A stretch of 64,000 bases of DNA from an uncultured Eggerthellaceae bacterium (GTDB lineage: Bacteria; Actinomycetota; Coriobacteriia; Coriobacteriales; Eggerthellaceae): NCBI GenBank assembly GCA_910584145.1, contig CAJTXX010000004.1, positions 10,801 through 74,800 on the forward strand, written 5' to 3'. Within the stretch, counting starts at the first letter, position 1. Every line of letters starts with the position of its first letter. The position numbers and the translations under genes were made by a program. This document shows, piece by piece, positions 52,851 through 62,411 of the stretch. A model generated the notes under the pieces. The model was not told the DNA's origin and did no database searches. It saw only the letters and a program-made list of their open reading frames with translations.

Positions 52851-54299
52851 ATGGCAGACGATCGGAAAGGGCAGCCGCAGCAAAGCGGCGCGGCCGGGGA
52901 CGACCAGCGCGCGCAGCTGGTGCAGCCGACGGCGCAAGATCCCGACCCGCACGGCATATACATAGACGAGGTGCAGGGGCACAACCGCCGCCTGCGCAAG
53001 ATCATCAGCTTCACGCACTCCACCACGCGCGCGGCGGGCGTCATGCTGCTCGCGGCCATAGCGGCACTCATCGTGGCGAACACCGGCGCCTATGCCGATT
53101 TCTACGACTTCTGGCACCACACGATGGTGTCGGTGGGCGTAGGGCCGCTTTATGGCGAGATGTCGCTCGCGCATGTCATCAACGATATCTTCATGGCGGT
53201 GTTCTTCCTGCTGGTGGGCATCGAGATCAAGTACGAGATGACGGTGGGCGAGCTGACGAACATCCGCCAGGCGGCACTGCCCATCATGGGGGCCATCGGC
53301 GGCGTTGCGATGCCGATCATTATCTATCTGCTGTTCAATGCGGCCGACCCGCAGACAGCGGGCGGTTGGGGCGTGCCGACGGCCACCGACATCGCATTCG
53401 CGCTGGGCATCTTGGCGCTGCTCGGCCGCCGCGTGCCGAGCGGCTTGCGCGTGTTCCTCTCGACGCTCGCGGTGGCTGACGACATCATCGCCATCTTGGT
53501 CATCGCCGTCTTCTATGGCGAGAGCCCGCATCTGGGGTGGCTCGCCGCGGCTGCGGTGGTGTTCGTCGTGCTCATCGTGATGAATCGCAAGCATGTGTTC
53601 TCGCTCGTGCCATACATGCTGGTGGGCTGCCTGCTGTGGCTGTGCGTGTTCATGTCGGGCGTGCATGCCACCATCGCCGGCGTGCTGCTGGCATTCGCCA
53701 TACCGTCGGGAAGCCGCGTGAATATGAGCACGTTCCTGGAGTGGTCGGGCGACCGCGTGCAGCTGGCGAACACCTATCACGACGAGAACACGCCCATCGT
53801 GGCGCAGAAGAAGTACCTGACCACGGTGAAGAGCCTGTCGAATGTGTCGCGCGAGGTGGTGCCGCCGGTGACGCGGTTGGAGCATCGGCTGCATCCGTGG
53901 GTGTATTTCGCCATACTGCCGCTGTTCGCGCTGACGAACGCCGATGTGTCGCTCGGGGGCGGGGATATCCTCGCCATGATGACCTCCGATGTGTTCCTGG
54001 GCGTATTCTTCGGGCTGGTGGTGGGCAAGCCGCTCGGCATCATGGCGCTCGCTGCGCTGTGCGTGAAGATGCGCATCGCGAAGCTGCCGGCGTGCGTGAA
54101 CTGGATGCACATGCTGGGCGCTTCCATTTTGGGCGGCGTGGGCTTCACGATGGCCATCTTCGTGGCGAACCTGGCCTATACGGCTGACGCGCTGATCGTG
54201 GAGGCGAAGCTGGCCATCCTGTTGGCGTCGCTGGTGGCGGGCGTTGTGGGGTTCTTGTTCTTGTTCTTGCAGGCTTCTAAGGAGTGCGAGGAGGACTAG
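52851..54299 (+). CDS. nhaA: Na+/H+ antiporter NhaA with an N-terminal extension
   Basis: INDIFMAVFFLLVGIEIKYE ... WGVPTATDIAFALG ... LAVADDI are NhaA motifs. Confidence 0.9.
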   Translation: MADDRKGQPQQSGAAGDDQRAQLVQPTAQDPDPHGIYIDEVQGHNRRLRKIISFTHSTTRAAGVMLLAAIAALIVANTGAYADFYDFWHHTMVSVGVGPLYGEMSLAHVINDIFMAVFFLLVGIEIKYEMTVGELTNIRQAALPIMGAIGGVAMPIIIYLLFNAADPQTAGGWGVPTATDIAFALGILALLGRRVPSGLRVFLSTLAVADDIIAILVIAVFYGESPHLGWLAAAAVVFVVLIVMNRKHVFSLVPYMLVGCLLWLCVFMSGVHATIAGVLLAFAIPSGSRVNMSTFLEWSGDRVQLANTYHDENTPIVAQKKYLTTVKSLSNVSREVVPPVTRLEHRLHPWVYFAILPLFALTNADVSLGGGDILAMMTSDVFLGVFFGLVVGKPLGIMALAALCVKMRIAKLPACVNWMHMLGASILGGVGFTMAIFVANLAYTADALIVEAKLAILLASLVAGVVGFLFLFLQASKECEED

Positions 54300-54315
54300 G
54301 GCTTTGGGGGCCGAC

Positions 54316-54405
54316 CGTGAAGAGCGCCCGGTAAGCTCAGTCGCTCGGACAGTCCTCGCTTTTGCTGCGGAACTCGCTTTGTGAGCTTGCCGGGCGCTCT
54401 TCACG
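54316..54405. repeat. 90-nt palindromic element (24-nt arms, 1 mismatch; 42-nt conserved core), intergenic nhaA/copA
   Basis: The arms are cgtgaagagcgcccggtaagctca (54316-54339) and tgagcttgccgggcgctcttcacg (54382-54405). The core gtcgctcggacagtcctcgcttttgctgcggaactcgctttg matches 43453-43492 apart from 1 substitution and 2 single-nt indels. Confidence 0.8.
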
Positions 54406-54547
54406 CTCCATCCCAGCCTTTGTTGGAGGGGAGGGGTGGAGCTGGTTGGGGCGCTTCTTTTTCTGGGGTTTCTTGATTCTGGGGAGGTTGTCCGGTATCT
54501 TCGTTGGAAACATATGAATATGTGCGCATACGTTAAGAGAAGGTGAC

Positions 54548-56815
54548 ATGGGGGATCTGGTTACGATACGGTTGGCTATCGAGGGGATGCATTGCGCTAA
54601 TTGCGCGGCGAACATCGAGAAGCATTTCCGGCAGGCGCCGGGCGTGGTGGATGTGGCGGTGAACCTGGCCAACGATACGGGGCAGGTGACCTTCGATGCG
54701 TCGGTGGCGAGCGTGGAGGATATGCTGCGCGTGTTCGATGAGCTGCCGTTCACGGCTGAGCTGGTCGCTGAGGATGCTCCGCTGGTCGATGAGGGGCGGC
54801 GGGCGCGCGAGGCGGCGCATGCGCGGCACGACCGGCGCGTGTTCGCGGTAGCTCTGGTGCTCACGGTGCTCATCGTCGGCATCGGCATGGTGCCGGGGGT
54901 GCATATGGGGCTGGGTGCGGCGCTCGCGGGGCTGTTCGTGGCCGACCCGACGCATGCGCAGGCGATGTTCGCGGCCAATGTGGTGCTGATGCTGCTGACG
55001 GTGCCCGTGCAGTTCGGGTGCGGCGCGCGCTTCTATAAGGGCGCGTTCCAGTCGCTCAAGAGCGGGGCGGCTAACATGGATGTGCTCGTGTGCCTGGGCA
55101 CGTCCATCGCGTTCGCGTTCTCGCTGTACATCACGTTCCTGCCGTTCATCGCGGGCGATCAGGCGGGGCAGGGCGCCATGCAGATCAACGAGGGCATGCC
55201 CTATTACGAGACGTGCGCCATGCTGATAACCTTCGTGCTGCTCGGCAAGATGCTGGAGGCGCGCGCGAAGGGCGCCACGAACCAGGCCATCGAAGCGCTG
55301 ATGAACCTGACGCCGCCCACAGCCGTGGTGCTGCGAGCGGGGGAGCAGGTGGAGGTGCCGCTTGCGCAGGTGGTCGTGGGGGATGAGGTGCTGGTGCGCC
55401 CCGGCGAGAAGGTGCCGGTGGATGGCGTGGTGGTGCAAGGGTCTGCCGAGGTGGACGAGTCGATGCTGACCGGCGAGGCGCTCCCCCTGATGAAAGCGGT
55501 GGGGGATGCAGTGGTCGGCGGCACGGTGAACACCACCGGCTCGCTCACGGTGCGAGCGCAGCGGGTGGGGGCTGATACCACGCTCGCGCGCATCGTGCGC
55601 GCGGTGGAGGATGCGCAGGGCAGCAAGGCGCCCGTGCAGCGGCTGGCCGACCGCATCGCGGCGGTGTTCGTGCCGACGATACTCGGCATAGCGGCCGTGG
55701 TGTTCCTGGTCTGGTTCTTCGCGGTGCCTGCGCCCGATGCGGCGCTGCAATGGCAGCAGGCGCTGCTGCCGGCTATCGCGGTCATCGTGGTGGCGTGCCC
55801 GTGCGCGCTCGGCCTCGCTACGCCCACGGCGCTGGTGGTGGGTATGGGCCGGGGCGCGCAGCTGGGCATCCTCATCAAGGACGGGCAGGTGCTCGAACAG
55901 CTATGCCGCGTGTCGGCGGTGGTGTTCGACAAGACCGGCACGGTGACGCGCGGTGCGCCCCAGGTCGTCGCGTGCGATGTGCCGCCTGAGGCGCTGGCGC
56001 TGGCGGCGGCGGTGGAGGCGAAGAGCGAGCATCCGCTCGCGCGTGCGGTGGTGCGCTATGCCGAGGAGCAGGGCGTCGCCTTCGCGCGCATCGACGTGCA
56101 GGATTTCAACGCCGTGGTGGGCGAGGGCGTGCGGGCGTGCGCGGATGGGCATGCGGTGGAGGTGGGCAGCCGCGTGGTCGTGGATGGGTGCGATAGGGGC
56201 GGCTTCTCGTTCCGCGATGAGCCCAAACCCGAGGCGGCTGGGGCTATCGAGCAGCTACGCTGCCGCTCCGGCGCGGCCTGCTATCTGCTGACTGGCGATG
56301 CGCAGGGACCCGCCATGGAGGTGGCGCGCGCGGTGGGCATAGAGCCGTCGCACGTGTTCGCGGGCGTGAAGCCGCTCGGCAAGGCCGAGCGCGTGGAGGA
56401 AGTGCGCGCGAGCGCTGCTGCCGCTCTGCATGCGGCGGGCGAGCGGGGTGCCGCAGCCGTGGCGTTCGTGGGCGATGGCATCAACGACGCGCCGGCGCTC
56501 GCAGCGGCTGATATCGGCGTGGTCATGGCGAGCGGCACCGACGTGGCCCTCGATGCGGGCCAGGTGGTGCTGATGCGCGACCGCCTGACCGACCTGGTGG
56601 GAGCGCTGCGGCTCGCGCGCGCCACCATGCGCAAGATCAAGCAGAACCTGTTCTGGGCGCTCATCTACAACTGCATCATGATACCGCTGGCCGCGGTGGG
56701 CATCTTGGCCCCAGCGCTCGCCGGCGCGGCGATGGCGCTCTCAAGCGTGACGGTGGTGTGCAACTCGCTGCTGCTGAAGCGCTTCGCTGGCCCGTCAGCC
56801 AGCAGGCCTGATTGA
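54548..56815 (+). CDS. copA: Heavy-metal (copper-type) translocating P-type ATPase
   Basis: It has an HMA domain [25 protein letters not shown] and [10 protein letters not shown]. Confidence 0.9.
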   Translation: MGDLVTIRLAIEGMHCANCAANIEKHFRQAPGVVDVAVNLANDTGQVTFDASVASVEDMLRVFDELPFTAELVAEDAPLVDEGRRAREAAHARHDRRVFAVALVLTVLIVGIGMVPGVHMGLGAALAGLFVADPTHAQAMFAANVVLMLLTVPVQFGCGARFYKGAFQSLKSGAANMDVLVCLGTSIAFAFSLYITFLPFIAGDQAGQGAMQINEGMPYYETCAMLITFVLLGKMLEARAKGATNQAIEALMNLTPPTAVVLRAGEQVEVPLAQVVVGDEVLVRPGEKVPVDGVVVQGSAEVDESMLTGEALPLMKAVGDAVVGGTVNTTGSLTVRAQRVGADTTLARIVRAVEDAQGSKAPVQRLADRIAAVFVPTILGIAAVVFLVWFFAVPAPDAALQWQQALLPAIAVIVVACPCALGLATPTALVVGMGRGAQLGILIKDGQVLEQLCRVSAVVFDKTGTVTRGAPQVVACDVPPEALALAAAVEAKSEHPLARAVVRYAEEQGVAFARIDVQDFNAVVGEGVRACADGHAVEVGSRVVVDGCDRGGFSFRDEPKPEAAGAIEQLRCRSGAACYLLTGDAQGPAMEVARAVGIEPSHVFAGVKPLGKAERVEEVRASAAAALHAAGERGAAAVAFVGDGINDAPALAAADIGVVMASGTDVALDAGQVVLMRDRLTDLVGALRLARATMRKIKQNLFWALIYNCIMIPLAAVGILAPALAGAAMALSSVTVVCNSLLLKRFAGPSASRPD

Positions 56816-56962
56816 CGCTGCGAGCGGTCTCGCGCTTGCGCGCATCTGCCGCTCTTGCGCGCGCCAGCTTGCGCCCGCCGTTCCGTAACATGCTGTTCAC
56901 AGAGCGCGTCTGCGGCTCTGATATAGTCGTGTCATTTGACGATGATGCAGAAAGGTGGCGTT

Positions 56963-57763
56963 ATGGGTGCATTCAATGGCAAGACCGTCATCATAACCGG
57001 CGGCGGGTTCGCAGCGCTGAAGGACGGCTCGGCGGGCTCGATCGGCTACGGCATAGCCAGAGCCTTCGCCCGCGAGGGTGCGAACCTGGTCATAACCGGG
57101 CGCAACGTGCAGAAGCTGGAAGCGGCGAAGGAGAAGCTTGAGCCGGAGTTCGGCGTGCAGGTGCTGCCGGTGCGCGCAGATGTCGAGGCCGGTGCTGACA
57201 ACAAGGCCACCGTGCAGAACGTGGTTGACAAGGCGATGGAGGCGTTCGGGCGCATCGACGTGCTGGTGAACAACGCGCAGGCTTCCGCTTCGGGCGTCGC
57301 GCTGGCCGACCATACCGTCGATCAGTTCGATCTGGCCATCTACTCGGGCCTGTACGCCACGTTCCACTACATGCAGGCGTGCTACCCGCACCTGAAGGAG
57401 ACGCGCGGCAGCGTCATCAACTTCGCCAGCGGGGCCGGGCTGTTCGGCAACTACGGGCAGTGCGCCTACGCTGCTGCCAAGGAGGGCATCCGCGGCATGA
57501 GCCGCGTGGCTGCTACCGAGTGGGGGCGCGACGGCATCAACGTCAACATCGTGTGCCCGCTCGCATGGACCGCTGCGCTGGAGAAGTTCCAGGAGGAGTA
57601 CCCCGATGCGTTCGAGGCGAACGTGCATATGCCCCCGATGGGCCATTACGGTAACGTGGAGACGGAGATCGGCCGCGTGGTGGTGCAGCTGGCGAGTCCC
57701 GATTTCAAGTTCATGAGCGGCGAGACGGTGACGCTGGAAGGCGGCATGGGCCAGCGTCCGTAG
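56963..57763 (+). CDS. SDR family oxidoreductase
   Basis: GKTVIITGGG...GIARAF ... NNAQ ... YAAAKEG (YxxxK). ATG at 56963 is preceded by GAAAGGTGG. Confidence 0.85.
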   Translation: MGAFNGKTVIITGGGFAALKDGSAGSIGYGIARAFAREGANLVITGRNVQKLEAAKEKLEPEFGVQVLPVRADVEAGADNKATVQNVVDKAMEAFGRIDVLVNNAQASASGVALADHTVDQFDLAIYSGLYATFHYMQACYPHLKETRGSVINFASGAGLFGNYGQCAYAAAKEGIRGMSRVAATEWGRDGINVNIVCPLAWTAALEKFQEEYPDAFEANVHMPPMGHYGNVETEIGRVVVQLASPDFKFMSGETVTLEGGMGQRP

Positions 57764-57860
57764 GGCGGAGGCGGCCGCGCCTGCCGGCGAAGCGATATGC
57801 GCCTTGCGGGCGCGGGGCTGCTTTGGCATAATGGACAGGCTGCTTGTGCAGCGTGCATAT

Positions 57861-57936
57861 GGCCCCGTCGTCTAGCGGTTAGGACGCCGCCCTTTCAAGG
57901 CGGAGGTCGCCGGTTCAAATCCGGTCGGGGCTACCA
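57861..57936 (+). tRNA. tRNA-Glu (anticodon UUC), CCA encoded
   Basis: The acceptor stem is ggccccg/cggggct. The D-arm is gtctagcggttaggac. The anticodon stem is ccgcc/ggcgg with loop cTTTCAa. The T-arm is ggttcaaatcc. The 3' end is A-CCA. Confidence 0.9.
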
Positions 57937-57943
57937 GAAATGC

Positions 57944-57974
57944 AAGGTCAGGGCTATCGATACCCTGACCTTTT
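57944..57974 (+). terminator. Rho-independent terminator after tRNA-Glu
   Basis: ggtcaggg - ctatcgata - ccctgacc is followed by tttt. Confidence 0.6.
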
Positions 57975-58028
57975 CCATTCTTGGGAGATGCTGGGCCGGC
58001 GGGCGCGTGCTCGCCGGCGTTCCTTTGC

Positions 58029-59393
58029 CTAGTTCTTGAGGGAGTTCAGCGGTGCGGGCATGCGGCCGCCGCGATGGGCGAACACGGTGCCGGCGTGCTG
58101 ATTCACGGGCATGACCGGGGCATAGCCGAGCAGGCCGCCGAAATCGAGGCGGTCGCCCACCTTCTTGCCGATAGCGGGGATGATGCGCACCGCCGTGGTC
58201 TTGTTGTTTATCATGCCGATGGCGGCCTCGTCGGCGATGATGCCGAAGATGGTCTCGCGGCTGGTGTCGCCGGGCACGGCGATCATGTCCAGGCCGACCG
58301 AGCAGACGCAGGTCATGGCTTCCAGCTTCTCAAGCGTAAGGGCGCCGGCTTCCGCGGCGCGTATCATGCCCGCATCCTCCGACACCGGGATGAAGGCGCC
58401 CGACAGCCCGCCTACCGACGACGATGCCATGACGCCGCCCTTCTTCACCGCGTCGTTGAGCATGGCGAGCGCTGCGGTGGTGCCCGGGCCGCCGCACGTG
58501 CCCACGCCGATGGCCTCGAGTATCTCGGCTACCGAGTCGCCCTCGGCGGGCGTGGGGGCCAGCGACAGGTCGAGGATGCCCTTCGAATAGCCGAGCCGGT
58601 GCGCGGCTTCGCGGGCCATCAGCTCACCTGCGCGGGTGATCTTGAACGCGGTGGCCTTGATGGCTTCGGCGATGTCGGTTATGCCCGCGTCGGCTGGCAT
58701 GCCCGCCAGCACCGCGCGCACCACGCCAGGACCCGATACGCCCACGTTGATGACCTCGTCCGCCTCGCCTGAGCCGTGGAAGGCGCCGGCCATGAAGGGG
58801 TTGTCCTCAACGGCGTTGCAGAACACCACCAGCTTGCCCGCGCCGATGCACTCGCGCTCGGCGGTGGCGTTCGCCGTGTCGATGATGATACCCGACATGC
58901 GCCAGATGGCGTCCATGTTCAGGCCCGCGCGCGTGCTGCCGATGTTCACCGATGCGCATACGCGCTCGGTGTCGGCCAGGGCGCTCGGGATGGAGTCCAT
59001 CAGCTTCTCGTCGCCGCGCGAGGCGCCCTTCTGCACCAGCGCGCTGAACCCGCCCACGAAGTCGACCCCCACCTCGGCCGCGGCGCGGTCCATCGCGCGG
59101 GCGACCGGCGACAGGTCGTGCGCCTCGGTGGCGGCGCACACCTCAGCGATGGGCGTCACCGAGATGCGCTTGTTCACGATGGGGATGCCGAACTCGCGCT
59201 CGAGCTGGTCGGCGGTGGGCACCAGGTTCTCGGCGGCACGCGTCAGGCGCTCGTAGGCTTTGGCGGCCACGCGCTCGATGTCGGCATCGGCGCAGCCGCG
59301 CAGGTTCAGGCTGAGCGTGATGGTGCGGATATCCAGGTGCTGCTGGCTGACCATCGCCAGCGTCTCGTTGATCTCGGCCGGGGTGAGCTGCAT
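58029..59393 (-). CDS. UPF0210 / DUF711 family protein
   Basis: [31 protein letters not shown] ... about 454 aa from ATG at 59393, preceded by AAGGAGAG. The ORF is open to TTG at 59480. Confidence 0.85.
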   Translation of the reverse strand: MQLTPAEINETLAMVSQQHLDIRTITLSLNLRGCADADIERVAAKAYERLTRAAENLVPTADQLEREFGIPIVNKRISVTPIAEVCAATEAHDLSPVARAMDRAAAEVGVDFVGGFSALVQKGASRGDEKLMDSIPSALADTERVCASVNIGSTRAGLNMDAIWRMSGIIIDTANATAERECIGAGKLVVFCNAVEDNPFMAGAFHGSGEADEVINVGVSGPGVVRAVLAGMPADAGITDIAEAIKATAFKITRAGELMAREAAHRLGYSKGILDLSLAPTPAEGDSVAEILEAIGVGTCGGPGTTAALAMLNDAVKKGGVMASSSVGGLSGAFIPVSEDAGMIRAAEAGALTLEKLEAMTCVCSVGLDMIAVPGDTSRETIFGIIADEAAIGMINNKTTAVRIIPAIGKKVGDRLDFGGLLGYAPVMPVNQHAGTVFAHRGGRMPAPLNSLKN

Positions 59394-59635
59394 GTCCCTC
59401 TCCTTGACGCGGTCGTCTCTGTCGGATGATTCTACCAGTTCCAGCATCTTCGAGAGCGTCGGGCGTATCGGGCGGCGCAAGGGAAGAGCGGCAGGCCGCT
59501 CGCGAGCTGGGCACCTTTGAGGGACGGGCTGTATCTAGTCGCGCGCCTCTCCGAATCTGGCTGATGCGGCTGCGGGTTCGCATGGGTGGTCTGCTCAAGA
59601 GGGATTAGAATGAGGGCTGGGAGGCCTGATCGAAC

Positions 59636-60892
59636 ATGAAAAAGAAAAAGCCAACAAGGAATAGGGTGTCAAAACTGGAAGCATTCTTGCTGAATTGGAG
59701 CGAGTATGTTCATCGACTAAAGAGAGGGTTTAAGTACGCGGCGTTTTTCTTCGTGCTGGTGGCATTCGTTGCCATATTGGCTGCCGTGGCTATAGGAGCC
59801 CTGTCGACCGAGGATGATTATCTCAATGCGATGAAGAGCACGTCTACAACGGCTGTGGGCGTGGCGGCGCCCGTGAGCATCGATGGGCAAGGGGTGCATG
59901 CTAGCGCTGGTGAGAAAGATGTGGTTTTGCCTGATGATGGCAAAACGATCGATGCAGATGCTCAGCGGTCTGCTGATAGCGAGAAAGACGTGGGCACAGA
60001 ATCCCACTTCGATGTTTGGGTATTCACGATATGCATCTTGGAGGCATTCCTTGTTGTGGTGTTGGGTTTCGGGTTCTCTGGTGCGTTCGCAGCTGTTTTC
60101 TTAAGCCCCATCAATCCGCTCAAGTTCGCCCCTTATGGACTGCTCGATGAACAGAGATGCTGTCTTGCCTTTCGCATCTGGATTTGCTATCCAAGCGAGA
60201 AGTACTTGCATAACGTAAAAGTATCGGTCGGTTATGCATACCGGAACATGTATTCGGCGAGCACATTCCTCTTCGAGAGCATGAGCGAGGATCCTCGTCA
60301 GATGGGAACGCTCCAGGTTCAGGAGCAGATGAGGCCTCGTGGCGTGTGGGATGTTGAGATTCCGCTGGAGGGGGAGGTTGCAGCGGGGCTCCTAAGAGTA
60401 TTCGGGGAATATGCGAATCGTAACCCGGTTATCAAAATCTCCGTTCAGGGTACTACTGATTCAGGCGAGATCGTCGAGCGCGAGGTGAGATTCAATCGTC
60501 AGCACATACTGCCAGGATACATTTTCGCATCGTATCACTTTCCGTATGAGAACGATCCGGAGAGGGAGGCACTCTACTCGCAGTATAAGACACGCGATAT
60601 CTGGTTCGGGAATTTTCCTAAGGTCATTCCCTTGGAAGCCGCCATTGAAGGTCGTCATAGCGGGGCTGTGAACTGCGGGCGCGACGAGGAGAGCCCGCAG
60701 ATGCCCGCTCAAAGAGCGCGGACATCATACGAGGAGTGGAAGTCTATCCTGCAAGGTGAGCCGGGTTGCTCGCTCCTGGGCATCGAGGAAGAACAGACGA
60801 GCTTGCTGGCGCCTTTCATCACAGAGCCGACGAATGAATGGCGCCCCCGTCTCACATTCGCCGAATGGAGGCAGATCAACAAGCTACCCTAG
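59636..60892 (+). CDS. Hypothetical two-TM protein with a large cytoplasmic C-terminal domain (possible Kir-channel-like Ig-fold domain)
   Basis: MKKKKPTRNR..., TM1 FKYAAFFFVLVAFVAILAAVAIGAL, an acidic loop of about 85 aa, and TM2 VWVFTICILEAFLVVVLGFGFSGAFAAVFL. This is followed by about 260 aa including PINPLKFAPYGLL...CCLAFRIW and VIKISVQGTTDSGEIVEREVRF. Confidence 0.6.
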   Translation: MKKKKPTRNRVSKLEAFLLNWSEYVHRLKRGFKYAAFFFVLVAFVAILAAVAIGALSTEDDYLNAMKSTSTTAVGVAAPVSIDGQGVHASAGEKDVVLPDDGKTIDADAQRSADSEKDVGTESHFDVWVFTICILEAFLVVVLGFGFSGAFAAVFLSPINPLKFAPYGLLDEQRCCLAFRIWICYPSEKYLHNVKVSVGYAYRNMYSASTFLFESMSEDPRQMGTLQVQEQMRPRGVWDVEIPLEGEVAAGLLRVFGEYANRNPVIKISVQGTTDSGEIVEREVRFNRQHILPGYIFASYHFPYENDPEREALYSQYKTRDIWFGNFPKVIPLEAAIEGRHSGAVNCGRDEESPQMPAQRARTSYEEWKSILQGEPGCSLLGIEEEQTSLLAPFITEPTNEWRPRLTFAEWRQINKLP

Positions 60893-61021
60893 CGTTTGGG
60901 TGAACTGCATGGGATATCCGTTTTCGAGAAGAGCCTTTATAAGTGAGGAAATCGGAAGCTAAATGCTCGTTCTGTGATCCGTATCGCTCAGTTGATGAAA
61001 ATTTAACATAATGATAAATTA

Positions 61022-61363
61022 GTGCGTGTGAGGTGGGATATAGATACTAAGCCAACATATGATATTCATGACACGAAACGGCAGGTCGCTGCGGGCGATT
61101 TCAGCACGATTGGTAAAGTGAGGAAGTTCATACGCGATCGTTATCCCGATATGTCCGTTACGGAAATCATCAAGGATGTGTTCTCTGCGATACAGCCCGA
61201 GGATTTTTATAAGACGCTTGAACTAGAGAAGTTCCCTGGATGCATGGGTGATGTCTACTTTGCTGATTATGACGATATGACTTGGTATGTGAAATTCATG
61301 GTTGAGGAAGGCGAAGTTAGGATTCGTGTTCTTTCGTGTAAATGGGATGGGTATTCATATTGA
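61022..61363 (+). CDS. mqsR: MqsR-family type II toxin
   Basis: KPTYDIHDTKRQVAAGDF, PEDFYKT, DVYF, WYVKF and RVLSCKW parallel E. coli MqsR (TPHTRLSQVKKLVNAGQV, ESDFYKS, DVY, VYLKI, IVSFKE). GTG start is at 61022 or 61028. Confidence 0.75.
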   Translation: MRVRWDIDTKPTYDIHDTKRQVAAGDFSTIGKVRKFIRDRYPDMSVTEIIKDVFSAIQPEDFYKTLELEKFPGCMGDVYFADYDDMTWYVKFMVEEGEVRIRVLSCKWDGYSY

Positions 61364-61373
61364 AGGAGCGCAT

Positions 61374-61916
61374 ATGAAATGCATGGAGTGCGGTGGAGAG
61401 ATGTTCCGGTCTACCGACCCTATTCAGTCAGAATATAAGGGCGAAGATCTTACGATTATCGGAGTTGAGCATTGGGTATGTGATGCTTGTGGCGAGATGG
61501 AGTTTTCCAGTGATGATCTGGATGCGCTTGATAGAGCGGAGGGTGAGGCTTATCGCCAGGTGTACGGTTTGATGCAGCCCGCTGAGATACGATCCCTTAG
61601 AAAGAGGCTGAATCTAACTCAAGTGCAGTTTGAGTCGGCGATGGGGGTCGCGTCGCCGACGGTCTCGCGCTGGGAGACGGGGGCGGTCGTTCAGACGAAG
61701 GTTGCCGACAACCTGATGCGGATGATGGCTGAGTACCCGGAAGTCGCTATGGATATGCTGGAGCGGGCCGAGATCGTGCGGCCATGCTCGCTGAAGACGA
61801 CGCTACCTTTGAGGAGCGAGCTCTCTGCGCCGCTTCAACAGCTAGGCAATCTGAAGATAGCTTCTGCTGCTTTTAGCGACAAAGGGACGAATGCGGAAGA
61901 AAGATGGGCAGCATGA
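61374..61916 (+). CDS. mqsA: MqsA-family antitoxin (Zn-ribbon plus XRE HTH) with a C-terminal extension of about 47 aa
   Basis: MKCMECGGEM...WVCDACGE (2x CxxC), and the HTH LRKRLNLTQVQFESAMGVASPTVSRWETG. GAAGGAG lies 5 nt upstream. There is an extra tail CSLKTTLPLRSELSAPLQQLGNLKIASAAF... Confidence 0.8.
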   Translation: MKCMECGGEMFRSTDPIQSEYKGEDLTIIGVEHWVCDACGEMEFSSDDLDALDRAEGEAYRQVYGLMQPAEIRSLRKRLNLTQVQFESAMGVASPTVSRWETGAVVQTKVADNLMRMMAEYPEVAMDMLERAEIVRPCSLKTTLPLRSELSAPLQQLGNLKIASAAFSDKGTNAEERWAA

Positions 61917-62380
61917 GCGCACTGGCTTCGTTTATCAACTATGACGCTTCCGAGGTAACGTGCTATTTGTTTGATGCTCGGGATGTGGTTGACAAGGGTT
62001 TCGATGCATTTAGGCGTGACGAGATAGAGACGGATGTCGAGATCGAGCGCGGTCTGCATTTCCATATCGAGGATACTCGGCTTGTGTGCATTTGCAAATT
62101 GGATGTTACGTGGAATGTTCTGTATCGCGCTAAAGAGGGTGATGAGAGCGGCAAAGTACGGACCCAATGCTGTATCGCGGGCGCTGCATCCTGCGAGAGT
62201 GATTTAGATGAGCGTGCGACGCTCGAGAATGTGCTTGCGCAGAACGTGATCGTTTTCCTTTGGGGGAAGATACGCGATTTGATAGAGGCTTCTTCGCTCA
62301 TGTCGCCGATTGGTAAATTGACACTGCCCGCAATCAATCCCGCCGTGCTTCTTGAAAAAGGCATGGAGGTAGAAAGCTGA
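61913..62380 (+). CDS. SecB-like chaperone (third component of a TAC module)
   Basis: The C-terminal NVLAQNVIVFLWGKIRDLIEASSLMSPIGKLTLPAINPAVLL parallels the SecB sequence [36 protein letters not shown]. ATG at 61913 overlaps the mqsA stop (ATGA); ATG at 61904 is an alternative. Confidence 0.6.
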   Translation: MSALASFINYDASEVTCYLFDARDVVDKGFDAFRRDEIETDVEIERGLHFHIEDTRLVCICKLDVTWNVLYRAKEGDESGKVRTQCCIAGAASCESDLDERATLENVLAQNVIVFLWGKIRDLIEASSLMSPIGKLTLPAINPAVLLEKGMEVES

Positions 62381-62392
62381 TGGTTTTACGAG

Positions 62393-62411
62393 AAAGGATC
62401 TCTTCCTTTTT
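62393..62411 (+). terminator. Weak hairpin plus T-run after the SecB-like gene
   Basis: aaagga - tctct - tccttt is followed by ttc. The stem is short (6 bp). Confidence 0.3.

Noticed and set aside
54510-54523. The palindrome acatat-ga-atatgt upstream of copA could be a Cu-responsive operator (CopY/CsoR type).
   Set aside because: It is short, does not match the cop box (TACAnnTGTA) or CsoR-type GC-rich operators that I recall, and no metalloregulator gene is adjacent. It may simply be promoter AT-rich sequence.
57861-59635. tRNA-Glu could be the integration site for the low-GC island.
   Set aside because: A high-GC core gene (DUF711) separates the tRNA from the island. There is no integrase gene, and I found no copy of the tRNA 3' end near 62.4-62.6 kb.
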